In this document: positions 1 to 14,482 of the stretch, one piece after another
Layout of the letters: each line of letters starts with the position of its first letter
Numbering within the stretch: position 1 is the first letter of the stretch
From: Octopus vulgaris
Taxonomy: Eukaryota
Length of the DNA stretch: 64,000 nt
Assembly (NCBI GenBank): GCA_951406725.2
Contig: OX597839.1
Location: 40,672,001-40,736,000, forward strand
Direction of reading: 5' to 3'
Program-made: the position numbers and the translations under genes
The notes under the pieces: model-generated
Told to the model about the DNA's origin: nothing
Database searches by the model: none
The model's input: the letters and a program-made list of their open reading frames with translations, nothing else

Positions 1-247
1 ATATATAATATGCATGTATATATGTGTGTATATATATTTATGTATATATATATACATATATATATAAATATATATATATATGGATATATATATGTATATG
101 GATATATGTATATATATCGTATAAATCCAAACGAAAGCGTAGGTGCATATACATATGTGTGATTAAGCACATATATATATATATAATATAATATAATATA
201 ATTTTTTAACATAATATATAATATATATGTTGATGTATGTAAGTATG

Positions 248-293
<46 letters not shown>

Positions 294-607
294 TATAATA
301 TAATATAATTTTTTAACATAGTATATAATATATATACATATACATGTTGATGCATGTAAGTATGTATATATATATATATATCATATCTATACATAAACAC
401 ATATACATACACTCATATACACCTACATAATGTATATATATGTGGTAAATTAAGGACGAATGATAGAAGATATATGTGTGTGTACACATGCATAGACTAA
501 AACTGTAAATTGTAAATAACTTCCATTATATTTATGAAAATTCTAAAGTTAATTCATCAATCAATAAGCATACACACACACACACACTCACAGGCACACC
601 CGCACAC

Positions 608-642
<35 letters not shown>

Positions 643-1002
643 TGAATGTATATATATGTATGTATCTGTATATATATATAATAATAATGTGTGTGTGTGT
701 ATGTACATTATATATATCATGTATATATATATATATATTTATAAATTTATATTTTAGATATTACAATTTTAAAATTTTAAATATTTTAACAAGTCTTATT
801 GTATAATTTTGTATTCTATATTAATACTGATTGTTATGTAATGATTTAGTTATCGAGGTTCTGTATAATTATTCGATTTTAACTCTAAAAAAAATACATA
901 TATATATATATATATATATAGAAAATATAAAAATATAAAAAATATTAAAATATATAAAAATTTATAAATATAAATTAATAATTTTAATTTTAAATTTAAA
1001 TA

Positions 1003-1117
1003 ATCTGAAACTCAGAGTTTTATCTTGACTATCGAGTAATGTAACATATTAGTGTATATTTCCTCTATTTACATAATATTGAGGTCTCTTTCTTTCTTTT
1101 GTTATCTTACCGTTTTA

Positions 1118-1119
<2 letters not shown>
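1003..1119 (+). mobile_element. Truncated copy of the 49225-49526 PLE-like family
   Basis: ATCTGAAACTCAGAGTTTTATCTTGACTA...GAGGTCTCTTTCTTTCTTTTGTTATCTTACCG matches the reverse complement of 49225-49349; ends at (TA)n. Confidence 0.75.
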
Positions 1120-1166
<47 letters not shown>

Positions 1167-1169
<3 letters not shown>

Positions 1170-1413
1170 AGTAGGTGAATGAATTATCCTAGCATGGAAA
1201 ATTCCATCAACCGATACCTGTGGTCACCATGTAGGCAATCATCAACATTTTTTGTTCGTCTTGTGGCTGAGAGAGGCTCCTTATCTTTCCTGATGAGAAG
1301 ATTGCATAATGCACCCTTTATTCCTTCGGAATAAAAGTATGCCGTCTTCGAAACATGTGTCGAGAGTAAAGGAATTTGGTTAACATCTTCGGTCGACTCC
1401 ATTCTTTCATTTA

Positions 1414-1417
<4 letters not shown>
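1167..1417 (+). mobile_element. About 250-bp hammerhead-bearing insert in (TA)n
   Basis: Unique sequence between two pure (TA)n tracts with an internal hammerhead and imperfectly complementary ends. Confidence 0.65.
1281..1369 (+). ncRNA. Type I hammerhead ribozyme with long stem II
   Basis: Stem I TTATCTTTC/GAGAGTAA; core CTGATGA 1290-1296; stem II GAAGA/TCTTC enclosing GCATA/TATGC and TTTATTCC/GGAATAAA; GAAA 1350-1353; stem III ACATGTGT; GTC cleavage triplet 1359-1361. Confidence 0.75.
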
Positions 1418-1509
<92 letters not shown>

Positions 1510-2078
1510 CATATCATGTATATATATGTATATATGTATAACATATATATATATATGGATATATATTTGTGTGTAGAAAGTGCCAAGGAAATATAGTGTG
1601 TGCCTCTGCGTGTGTGTTTGTGTGAGTACGTGTATTTTTGTGTGCATGTGTGATTGTGTTAGATTAATTTCCTCCATACCATTGCGTTGACATCCTGTTG
1701 GTTAGTTTGAAATAAAATGCTCAGGTTGATTTCTTCGACGAAACCCGTCAGTGTGATGCTCCAGCATGTCTGCGATCCAATGAATGAAACAAGTAAACAA
1801 ACGTTGAGAAAGAAAGCCGAAATACATCTGCGGAATACACGGCCACTTACACGAAAATTACATAATTATTAAATTGGATCGAACAATTTATTACACATCG
1901 TCGAACGTGATGGAGATCCATTTGCCAATGTAGACACACTGTTTATGAGAATTACAAATGCATTTAACCATCTTTTATAAACAATGTTAAATTTTATATC
2001 TCTAAATATGTACGCTTCTGTATTTCTGTTCATCATATTTACGCATATATATAAATATATATATAGACTTATACATAA

Positions 2079-2169
<91 letters not shown>

Positions 2170-2191
2170 CAGATATATATATATATGTATG

Positions 2192-2251
<60 letters not shown>

Positions 2252-2292
2252 TTTGTATGTATATTATGTATAAATATGTGTGTATATATATA

Positions 2293-2346
<54 letters not shown>

Positions 2347-2426
2347 GTATGAATATAAATATGTACGTAGAAGTGTATTATGCATGTATGTATGTATGTA
2401 TGTATGTATGTATGTATGTATGTATG

Positions 2427-2457
<31 letters not shown>

Positions 2458-2789
2458 GTACGTGTATATAAATATATATATATAATGTACATTATGTGAA
2501 AGTTGTTGACTGTGAAGATAAGATGAGATAATCATTGTTTTTGATGTTTCTGTCGGCTTTCATTTTCTTCACTTTTTGTTCTTTACGTTGTTGTTTTTAC
2601 GGTTTGTGTTCATGATGATGATGACGATTTCGATAGTGATGGTCTGTAGGGCTAGGTTTGGGCTGGTGCAGGTAATGGAGGCGATGAGGTTCATGGTGAT
2701 GATGATGCTGATGATGGCAATGATCGTTTTCATGATGCTTATTAAGGTGGTTACGACGATGAGCAGGAGGACGAGGAGAAGGCAGAGGA

Positions 2790-2871
2790 AGATAATGATG
2801 GTGATGATTATGATTATGACGACGACAACGATGATGACGACAACGATGATGATGATGATGATGACGACGAC

Positions 2872-2943
<72 letters not shown>

Positions 2944-3111
2944 GATGATGATGATTATGATGATATGATGGTGGTGGTGGTGATGATGATGCTGATGATG
3001 GTGGTGGTGGTGATGATGACGACGATGATGATGATGATGATGGTGATGATGATAATGATGATGATGATGGTGATGATGATGATGATGATGATGATGGTGA
3101 CGACGACGATT

Positions 3112-3161
<50 letters not shown>

Positions 3162-3255
3162 GATGATGATGATGTGATGATGATGGTGATGATGATGGTG
3201 ATGATGATTATGATGATATGATGGTGGTGGTGGTGGTGATGATGATGATGATGAA

Positions 3256-3298
<43 letters not shown>

Positions 3299-3300
3299 TA
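2790..3300. repeat. (GAT)n/(GGT)n trinucleotide array
   Basis: Direct reading. Confidence 0.95.
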
Positions 3301-3779
3301 GACGATGCTGTTGGGGACGAAAAGCGGATTAATCTTATTTCACAAAATAAACTTATTTCGATTCGATCGCGGACAATAGTTAATCACACAGTACCACATT
3401 ATCCACATCTTTTCCCCTTCCATCCCTTCTTCTTCCACTATCCACCTTCATCACTACCCTACTCATGTCACTTCACTAATCCACTCTACTCCGCAAAGAG
3501 ATTATCCGCAACTTCATATCCCCCCCCCGTATATAAGCCTGCGAAACGATTTAAAAATGAACATAATACCGATATATTTCGTTAAGTGAGTGAGTGTTTT
3601 TCACAAAATATAGATTTTGAAAACAAATGTAAGCTGTAATGATGTAAGTCATGGAAACTTAAATGTTGGTACCGTTTTACAGCATATAATTAAAATAAAA
3701 GTAAATATTCTCCACTCTCTAGCATGTAATGAGTTCGCTTTTTTCTACGACAGATTATTTTAGGCTCGGAATCATATAG

Positions 3780-3828
<49 letters not shown>

Positions 3829-4008
3829 GACGGACTTCTTTCAGTTTCCGCCTACCAAATCCACTCACAAGGCTTTGGTGGCCCGAGGCTATCGTAGAAG
3901 ACACTTGGTCAAGGTGTCACACAGTGGGACTGAACCCGGAACCATGTGGTTGGGAAGCAAACTACTTACGACACAGTCACTCCTATGCCTATCTATATAT
4001 ATTTTTAT

Positions 4009-4074
<66 letters not shown>

Positions 4075-4505
4075 GTATACATATATGAATATTTATGTTT
4101 GTATATATACCGGTGTTCGGCCAAGCCTGATCTTTCTTTCTTGGTTCGGCCTTCGTCCGTGCAACATCTATATTCCTCCCTGTGCCTGTGAAATCTTGTA
4201 TCCCTGCCGTAACGCTTTATCTCCACACGCGCCAACTTAATTCAATTCGTCCTTAGTCGAAAGACACCTGTTGTTACGTCCTGTTACTTGTATTTGTGTA
4301 ACATTCTCCGTTTTTTCCGTCCTTGTTTTCGTATACATTCAGTGCTTTCTTCCAAGGAATCTAATACTCTTAGCTTATTTTTTCCTTGGGACTGGCCAGA
4401 TCGGACCAATCTCGAGTAGAACCAGCCGAAATTACAAAGATAATCTGGAACTCGACTGAGGAAAGAAAATTCCCAATGACCTGTCCTTGTTTCCTTTGTA
4501 ACGTG

Positions 4506-4596
<91 letters not shown>

Positions 4597-4597
4597 A

Positions 4598-4906
4598 TAT
4601 AATCAAAAATAAGCAACAAGAATGAATCCGGTAATTTAGTACAATTGTTTCATACTACAACATTTTATTAAAAGCTGTAAATATTACAGCAGATTTAAGA
4701 TGCTGAGTAATCGGCATCTTAAATCTGCTGTAATATTTACAACTTTTAATAAAATGTTGTAGTATGAAACAATTGTACTAAATTACCGGATTCATCTTGT
4801 TGCTTATTTTTTATTATAATCACCCTGCATATTTTTATGGGTAACACCATACAAAATTCTGGTGCATCTAAATTAAGTGCCATATTCATTTGAATCTAAA
4901 TTGTTG

Positions 4907-4908
<2 letters not shown>
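4598..4908 (+). mobile_element. PLE-like fragment with about 110-bp fold-back (palindrome 4598-4818)
   Basis: Near-perfect arms around loop GTAA 4707-4710. Tail 4821-4908 is homologous to 45500-45592. Only the 3' half of a hammerhead (GAAACAATTGTA) is present. Confidence 0.7.
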
Positions 4909-4943
<35 letters not shown>

Positions 4944-4945
4944 TC

Positions 4946-5021
<76 letters not shown>

Positions 5022-5756
5022 TGTATGTATACGTGTGTGTGTGAGTAGTGAGAGAGGCAGACAGACGGATTGTCGGCAACCTTAATGAAAGGAGGAGAAG
5101 GATGAGGAAAAACTAAATAACAATGAAAAAGGAGTAGTAGAGAGTTAAATGAAAACGGTTCCATTAAATTTATGGGTAAAACAACTAAAATAATTAATTT
5201 TGAGAAATCAACAACGGTTTTAATTGATTGCTAAAAAGGGAGATAACTTATGTTTGATAGAACATAAATAAACAACACTTAAAACGTGATGGTAAGGGGT
5301 GGGTAATGGGTGTTAATTTAAATATATAAAACAAACTTCTAAAAATTTCAGTTGTGTGTATATTTGAAGAAGCTAAACTTTTAAAAAGAATAACCAAGGA
5401 GCAATTTCTTAATTTGAGACAGTATTTATGCAATTTATCATAGAAAATAAATAAAATGTGAATACCTGACAGGGTGTTTAGGATATGAGATAATGAAGAA
5501 AATTCTTAGTTTATGTTAAAATAGATATAAATCAGGTGGGATGTCAGATATACGGTTGTCTGGCAAGCAAGGAATGGAAAGAAATATGCCTTTCCGCTGA
5601 TTTATTGGGTGACGGGAAATTTATGATGTGGAATTTTATTACGGTCGGGAAGTAATTACGAGAATTTTTGTCTATTGGATTCGATTCTAAGAAACAGCGA
5701 AAAAAACTGATGGGAGGTGAAGCTGTTACGGAACGGAAATAATATATATATATATA

Positions 5757-5899
<143 letters not shown>

Positions 5900-6017
5900 C
5901 ATGTATGGAAATATGTATGTATGTATGGATGGATGGATGTATGTATGTATGTATGTTTATATGTATGTACGTGTATATATATATATATATATATACATGT
6001 TTGTGTGTGTATGTATA

Positions 6018-6077
<60 letters not shown>

Positions 6078-6485
6078 AGGTGGTTACGTATATTTCTAGA
6101 TGCGTATATAATTAGATATATAAGAACATCAATCTCATGTTTTGGAGTGTCTACAAAGGCTATGGGTAGTGCCACATTTTCTAGACCCAGTAGGATAAGA
6201 ATCGTTATCAAGACATGTAGAGTCCACAGCAAATGTATCTGGATAGCTTTGGTTAAAGTGAAGTGAGTGACCGGATGCATAGAAGTATACTAATAGAATA
6301 CAGACCGAAGCTGTATCCAGAACGGTTGGATTATTTGAACGAGTAGGTCTGTTGCAAAAGTCGAAACATCCTTGACTCCAGGATACAATACTGATGATGG
6401 GTCCAAATGTTGCACCAATGGATGTTTGAAGAACAGATTTGCATCGACGTGTGTGTGAAAGTGAGAAATGCAGTGTATGTGTGTC

Positions 6486-6532
<47 letters not shown>

Positions 6533-6902
6533 AATTCAGAATGTGTCTCTCTGTTTCTGTGCGTTTGTACTTGTATGTGTGTGTTTCTGCGTGAGTTTTG
6601 TGAGTGACTTTCGGGGTCGATATATTTAAGCTAAACCTCAATTGATGAAATCAATATTATTCTTCCCTACCACATCTTTCCTTTTCCCCTTCTCCACTCA
6701 CTCTCTTTCACTCTATTCTCTCCTCTTCTCTCTGAAATAATTAAATTACAGGAAAAATCCGGACGCGGAAGAACACGTGCACTCTGCTTACTTCTAGAAT
6801 ATTTATGTGGTTGAGTAAGAGGCTAGAAAGCATTTCATATGGAAATAAAAATGGCGAGTTTCTGAAACCATGGCATACGTTACAACAAGAAACGAAATAG
6901 AG

Positions 6903-6940
<38 letters not shown>

Positions 6941-6995
6941 CGTGAAAGAGATAGTGAGAGAGACTGCGTGCATATTTACACACATACATACATAC

Positions 6996-7026
<31 letters not shown>

Positions 7027-7351
7027 CCTGTAGAGGTTAAATGCAAGATAAATATTTGCGTATATCATGTAAATTTTATATATATGCAGACAAATTCATA
7101 TATATTTATATATGTAAATGCATAAATTTATGTCTGTGTATACATACATACACACACACACATATATATATATATATGTACATATACATACGTACACACA
7201 CACACACACGTATATATATATATTATTTGTAGGTATATATATGTGTATATATGTATATACATATATATCTATAGATAATTATATAATATGCATCTATGTA
7301 GTTATATATATGTATATATATAATTATATAATATGCATCTATGTAGTTATA

Positions 7352-7407
<56 letters not shown>

Positions 7408-7427
7408 GATATATATATACTTATATG

Positions 7428-7482
<55 letters not shown>

Positions 7483-7890
7483 CTAGTGGGTTATACGTAC
7501 ACAACTCTTTCGCCAGTAAAACACAAACTGGCCTTCTGCCTAACAGAAAAGTTAAGACACCGTTTACACTTTTATGTAACGCCAGGGCGTTTCGTCTTTC
7601 TGATCGTCTGATTTGCTCTTTTTTTCCCATCCTTCTTACACACCCCTTACTCTCCCACTTCCCCTCAATCTCTCTTTGTCTTTTCTCTCTCTCTCTCTCT
7701 CTCTCTCGCTTCCTTTCTCTCATTCCGGTCCTTTCTCTCTCGGCATTTTCATCTCCCCTCCTTCCCTTTATCTCCCTACCCCTATCCCTCACACACTCAA
7801 TTGCTGATAAGCATCTCATAATCTGGCACATCTTTTCCTTTTTTCCGTAAAGAACTAAGGATAGAGGATAACTTTGAAGTGATACTTTAG

Positions 7891-7962
<72 letters not shown>

Positions 7963-7984
7963 TAACAATGATAATAATAATAAC

Positions 7985-8081
<97 letters not shown>

Positions 8082-8391
8082 ATAATAATAATAATAATAA
8101 TGATGATAATGATGATGATAATAATAATGGTTTCAAATTTTGGCACAAGTTCAACAATTTAGGGGTCGGGTCTCTAATGTCGAGTACATTGACCCAAAGC
8201 TCGTCTTTACGTTCTAAGTTCAAATTCTGCCGAGGTCAATTTTGCGTTTCATCCTCCCAGGGTCCATAAAATACAGTAGCAGTCAAGTACTGGATTCGTT
8301 GTAATTGTTAGTTTCCACTCCTCCAAAATTTCAAGTCTTGTGCTTATAGTAGTAAGGATTATTATAAGTATTGTTGTTGTTGTTGTTGTTG

Positions 8392-8772
8392 TTGAGTGAG
8401 AGAGCAATGCATGCCATCAAAGTGACACGGGAGGTACAAATATACAAAGCCCAGTATACCCATCATGACTACCCGTATAAGGGTACACTAGGCACATGCA
8501 TCACAACCATATGTGCGCGACATATCAAGATAAACAGCTCATGACCTTGCAGGTGTGGCCCAGGTAGAATTTTCTTCAGGTCGAGTAGCCCATCCCACTC
8601 AAAAGGTCCCAAAATAAGGATTGTTTAAGGATGACGAACGAAACATCAATGCTTCTAGAGGTAAATTATTCAAGCCCCAAAGAATTCTTATCAACACATG
8701 GCTATGATGCTCCCCCACTATTTCTGCTCGTGATCAGAAATGCACATATCATCAGCCACTAAGTGACATGCT
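8392..8772 (-). mobile_element. About 550-bp (TAA)n-associated element, 5'-truncated copy
   Basis: Homologous to 44141-44695 and to the reverse complement of 57405-57950. Confidence 0.85.
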
Positions 8773-8791
8773 TATTACTATTATTATAATA

Positions 8792-8934
<143 letters not shown>

Positions 8935-8982
8935 CATAATACATACATACATACATACATACATACATACATACATACATAC

Positions 8983-9039
<57 letters not shown>

Positions 9040-9780
9040 CAGACAGAGAAGGATAGATAGATAGACAGAGAAGGATAGATAGATAGAACACCTACACACA
9101 TAAATACATACATACGCACATACATACATATATTGTAATTAGATTAATGCTCAGTTACCAGTGTCCTTCTCAATAATGTACGATTTCTTCTCAATAATGC
9201 ACGATTGAATATGAAAATAGACAGAGATGTTCTCCATCAACTTTGTATGTTGAGTCTTTACACAGAATATGGCATAGCATAGAAAAAAGTAGCTGTATAT
9301 AGACTTCATATATCAACTCTGGCTGGAGTTTCGTCAGCAGCTGTAAAATCTTCCTTAATTATCCACGAACAAATTTTTTACGAACCCATTGATATTAGAG
9401 GCTAAAGTAAATTATATGTACAAATGAGTATAATTCAACACTTCCTTAGTAGATATTAAATTAGTGGTTATTAATAAAACGGTATTTCCTTGATATACTG
9501 ATGGGTGATGCGCTTCAGGAAATATTCAAAGTGTTTTAGACATTACCGTACATCATGTACAAAATAAAGATTACGACTTGGTACAGAATAGGTCCTCGGA
9601 CATGCAAGCAGTGACGCACGGAGGTACTCTCACACACGCACGCGTGAATACACACACACGCGTGAATACACACACACACACGGACACAAATACATACGTA
9701 TATACATACTTAGAAATCTGTACTCACACATATACCTACATATTCACAAAGCCATTTTCACATGCCTGATAATATAAGAA

Positions 9781-9835
<55 letters not shown>

Positions 9836-9843
<8 letters not shown>

Positions 9844-10378
9844 GTTGTATACTGTCAATCTAACAAGAACGTGACAGTAGGGGGTACACCACCGTTGTAT
9901 AGCCCTAGGAGGCATCGAACGCCTCCTGACAGCTTCGACACATTTTTCCCTGTGTCCTTATATACCACCGTACAGGTCTCTACGAGAGATTTAGAAATCC
10001 AATATTTCTTATTTTTGATAATCAGTGAATATACTTCACTGAGTTTACATATATACAGATACGAAGTCCAGACAGATATCACCAGCCGACCGGTGTCTGC
10101 TACTCTAGGCCGATGAAGGACAATGATCCTGAAACACGGTGTCCCTAGATGCAGTTCTGGCGGTTGGGGGTGTTTGTCTCCCCTTCGTATATGTATATAA
10201 GGACACAGGGAAAAAATGTGTCGAAGCTGTCAGGAGGCGTTCGATGCCTCCTAGAGCTATACAACGGTGGTGTACCCCCTACTGTCACGTTCTTGTTAGA
10301 TTGACAGTATACAACCATTCTATCGCCCCACCACCGTACAGGTCTCTACGAGAGATTTAGAAATTCAATATTTCTTAT
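9836..10378 (+). mobile_element. Retrozyme/PLE-pLTR-like element: inverted 5' arm plus 366-nt partial tandem
   Basis: 9836-9965 is the reverse complement of 10193-10323; 9965-10012 recurs directly at 10331-10378; hammerhead at 10104; (TA)n on both sides. Confidence 0.8.
10104..10149 (+). ncRNA. Type I hammerhead ribozyme, U4C core variant
   Basis: TCTAGG-CCGATGA-AGGA(CAATGA)TCCT-GAAA-CACGGTG-TC-CCTAGA: perfect 6-bp stem I, 4-bp stem II, near-palindromic stem III, GTC site. Confidence 0.78.
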
Positions 10379-10431
<53 letters not shown>

Positions 10432-11012
10432 TCATATATATATTTATATGTATATGTATATATATATAGATATATACATATATATGTTTATATGTATATA
10501 TATATGTATGTAGGTGTGTCTGTGTTTATCCGTACGCCATCGCTTGATAGCCGATGTTGGTGTGTTTACGTCCCCGTAACTTAGCGGCTCGGCCAAAGAG
10601 CCCTATAGAATAAGTAATAGGCTTACAAAGAATAAGTCATGGAACTGATTTGTTCGACTAAAGGTAGTGCTCCAGGATAGCCGCAGTGAAAGAACATATA
10701 TCTGTATATCTGTGTGTGTGTGTGTGTGTATGTATTCGCATGCATATACTTGTATACTTAGATATTCTCAGGTATATATGTATATATGTAGGTATGTATG
10801 TATGTATGTATGTATGTATGTATGTATGTATGAATGTATGTATGTATGTATGTATGTATGTATGTATGTATGTGTGTGTGTATGTATGTATGTATGTATG
10901 TATGTATGTGTGTATGTATTTATATATGTATGTATGTATGTATGCATGTATGTATGTATGTATGTATGTATGTATGTACGTACGTACGTACGTACGTATG
11001 TATGTCTTTATG

Positions 11013-11068
<56 letters not shown>

Positions 11069-11278
11069 GTTAATCCAAACAAGAAAGCACAAAAAAAAAC
11101 ACAACAACGCGAGGACGTGGAACAAATATAGTATTATTGGACGCTCAGGAAACAAGGAAAGAAGGATGGTTTAACGTTTCGAGCGGAGCTCTTTGTCGGA
11201 AACATAGGAGAAGGAAAGATCCAGAGAAGGGAAGACAGAGGAAAAAAATCGCCAACGGTACACACGAGGTCACATTTT
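11069..11278 (-). mobile_element. About 200-bp (TA)n-anchored repeat family, copy 1 of 3
   Basis: GTTAATCCAAACAAGAAA...GGAAGACAGAGGAAAAAAATC also found at 36320 and 49017, each abutting (TA)n at the same boundary. Confidence 0.85.
11169..11203 (-). ncRNA. Degenerate minimal hammerhead (G8A) in a three-copy family
   Basis: Minus strand GTTT-CCGACAA-A-GAGC(TCC)GCTC-GAAA-CG-TT-AAAC. Sister copies at 36424 and 49117 have CCGACGA. Confidence 0.5.
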
Positions 11279-11617
11279 GGTATGTATGTATGTATGGGTT
11301 TGTGTATTTATAACTGTTCGTATTCGCGCTGCACTTCAATCTCCATTTTTTCCTCTCCTAGGTAAACAGGATTCACGACCTCCAATACAGGATCCTACTC
11401 TTTTGTTCAATGAACCCCTCCCTTTGTCTGTTTCTAATAAAGTGGTTTGAAAACCCGCAAGGGGGCGGGGTGCTGTCTGAATTGAAGAGTGTGTTTTTTT
11501 GTACCGGATATGCAATATCTCTTGTACTTACACGTGTATAAACATCAATTATATTATATGCTTTTCTAATATAACCTTCAATTGATCACTTATATGTTTT
11601 GTGGCATTATGTAAACA

Positions 11618-11651
<34 letters not shown>

Positions 11652-11699
11652 GTATGCGTATGTACATGTACATACATGTTTTTATATGTATACATACAT

Positions 11700-12000
<301 letters not shown>

Positions 12001-12008
12001 ATAAATTA

Positions 12009-12408
12009 GGTGCGGGATTGGTTGTGTGGTAACTTACTTATCAACCTCTTGGGTTCGGGTTCAGTCCTACTGCGTGGCGTCTTGGCCAAGTATCTTCTAC
12101 CATAGCCTCGAACCGACAAAACCGTTGTGAGAGGATTTGGTAATGTGTGTGTGTGTGTGTATGTATATATATGCGAGTGTGTGTGTGTATATGTTTGTGT
12201 GTCTGTGTTTATCACCCCATCATCGCTTGACAAGCGATGTTGGTGTGTTTAAGTACCCGTAACGTAGCTGTTCGGCAAAAGAGACGGATAGAATAAGTAT
12301 TCGACTTACAAAGAATAAGTCCTCGGCGTCGATTCGTTTTTGACTAAAAGGCTGTCCTCTGGCATCGCCGCAGTCAAATGACTGAAAGAAATAAAAGAAT
12401 AAAAGAAT
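12009..12408 (+). mobile_element. SINE family A, diverged (partial copies at 3826-3989, 10513-10690, 26230-26446)
   Basis: Same head, internal microsatellite and tail motifs. Confidence 0.8.
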
Positions 12409-12510
12409 ATATATAAATACACACGTATATATATGTATACATATATTTTCGTGTGTACGTACATACATACATACTTACTTACATATATATACATACATAC
12501 ATATATATAT

Positions 12511-13053
12511 AATTAATGTAGGATAAAATTTTATTCGGGAAAAAATTTTTATCAATGGCCAGCATATCAAAAAATACCTTTAAAGGTTAAATTTATAAAT
12601 AATTTACAAGATAAGTGCAAAATAAAAATTCTAATGCCAAATATGCCGAAACAAAAAATTGTCAATAACCATTATAATTTATGTGTCTCGAAACAAACCG
12701 ATAGAAATCTCTAAAAAATTCGTTATTACCGTATTGGTCCAATTTCGGGGCTAATTCAAAAGAATTTCCCCCTCTTCAGCGGCAAATACGCGAGATATAA
12801 ATGAAATACTTACTCATACCCATGGAAAAAGCAAGCACTAATTCCTGAGCAGATCTAAGTACCCCAAATATATCCAAAATAGAAAAATCTTCGGCACCTG
12901 TCAAGACACGTGTGATTCGAACTAGAAACTTTCAGAGTGACAGAATCCGGAAGTGAACACTATTCAATCTTTAATGGTTATTGACAATGGTTATTGACAA
13001 TTTTTTGTTTCGGCATATTTGGCATTAGAATTTTTATTTTGCCCTTATCTTGT

Positions 13054-13060
<7 letters not shown>
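12511..13060 (-). mobile_element. PLE-like hammerhead element in (TA)n (related copy 53447-53645)
   Basis: Segment 12599-12673 recurs inverted at 12986-13060, with a 13-nt duplication AATGGTTATTGAC at the junction; hammerhead at 12726. Confidence 0.7.
12726..12785 (-). ncRNA. Type I hammerhead ribozyme, canonical core
   Basis: Minus strand TTGCCG-CTGAAGA-GGGG(GAAATTCTTTTGAATTAG)CCCC-GAAA-TTGGACCAA-TA-CGGTAA. Confidence 0.8.
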
Positions 13061-13115
<55 letters not shown>

Positions 13116-13135
13116 TATACATACATACATACATG

Positions 13136-13173
<38 letters not shown>

Positions 13174-13529
13174 GTATGTATATATGTATGTATGCATGTA
13201 TGCATGTATGTATGTATGTATGTATGTATGTATGTATGTATGTATTTATATATGCTTCTGACGCCCGTTGAGTTCTGTGTACCTTCCCGATGTAGATACT
13301 TTGTTATTTGAGTGTCATATGAATCGATCTATGGAAATTGCAACAAATATCCTATATCTTTTGATATCACACCCCACGGAATTACATTGACATAGCCGTT
13401 TCCGTGATATCAATTCAACAACGTGTTGTATTCATTCATATCGAGCATCCATTGAATATCACATCCGTACAAATAAAATATATTGTATACGCGCTTCATT
13501 CTATTTGCATTATCAATTTAAATATTATA

Positions 13530-13840
13530 ACACGATTCCATCTGTAACCCTTACAACACAAATTATGATTAAATATTGTGTTGCGTATCACACTCAGCGT
13601 GTGATATAACAGAATTGCTATCAGTTATCTACTGATAACATATAGCTAAATATCATTTGCTAAGATGACACCGTATCAGCACGATTCCTACAGAAATTCT
13701 TACAACGCAGATAATGGTTAAGACACTCTGCTCTATACCACCACATCGAGCGTGTGATATAACAGCATTACAGCATTGCTATCAGCTATCAGCTGATAAC
13801 GAATAGCCAAATATCATTTCCTAAGATAACTTCGTATCAA
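13530..13840. repeat. Degenerate tandem repeat, period about 153 bp
   Basis: AGCGTGTGATATAACAG at 13596 and 13749; AAATATCATTT.CTAAGAT in both units. Confidence 0.7.
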
Positions 13841-14417
13841 AATACGCTATCTGCAAATGTTGCGTCACCGTTTTAAACATTTTAATATCCAAACATTGTT
13901 TATTTGCTAAATTCACAATCTTCAGAAAATCTCGACTGTCTATCGATTTCTTTATAGATTCAATAAAAGCATCTCTTCAATATTGATCAATTTTTATATC
14001 GTTTTAATTTAATTATATTGCCAGTTATTAGCTATACGCATTTATATCTATTTTATTTTAGCTTACTTTATATTTTCAATGTAATTTTTTTTTATAATTC
14101 TTTTCCTGGAGATCGCTACGTACATGTAATATATTATTATGCATTTTTATTATTATTTTTACATATTCCTTGTTTGTTTTCACTGAAATTATTCATTTCT
14201 TTATTCATCTCTTTACTTTATGTTTTAAAATATAGTTAAACCTGTCAAAATAATGTAATATCGTCATGACCTTTGACACAGCTTTTTATTTCAACTTTGA
14301 CACAGCGCTTTTATTGGATGAACTTGAAATATATGGAGTCGCGTATTCTCCACAAAATGCATCTTGTACAAGATATACGTGTATATGTATATATGTATGT
14401 ATGTATGTATGTATATG

Positions 14418-14482
<65 letters not shown>

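Noticed and set aside
4110-4503. Structured insert with GAAA...ATC and CTGAGGA (similar layout at 48490-48520)
   Set aside because: Stems I and II could not be closed into a hammerhead. Probably a related repeat, but no ribozyme can be claimed.
6135-6450. Minus-strand open frame (…DNDSYPTGSRKCGTTHSLC) and a CTGATGA at 6392
   Set aside because: Only a vague resemblance to the PLE linker region; no GAAA or stems follow the CTGATGA.
7500-7555. Minus-strand hairpin GCCAGT/ACTGGC followed by GAAA
   Set aside because: No CUGANGA-like core or stem I is present.
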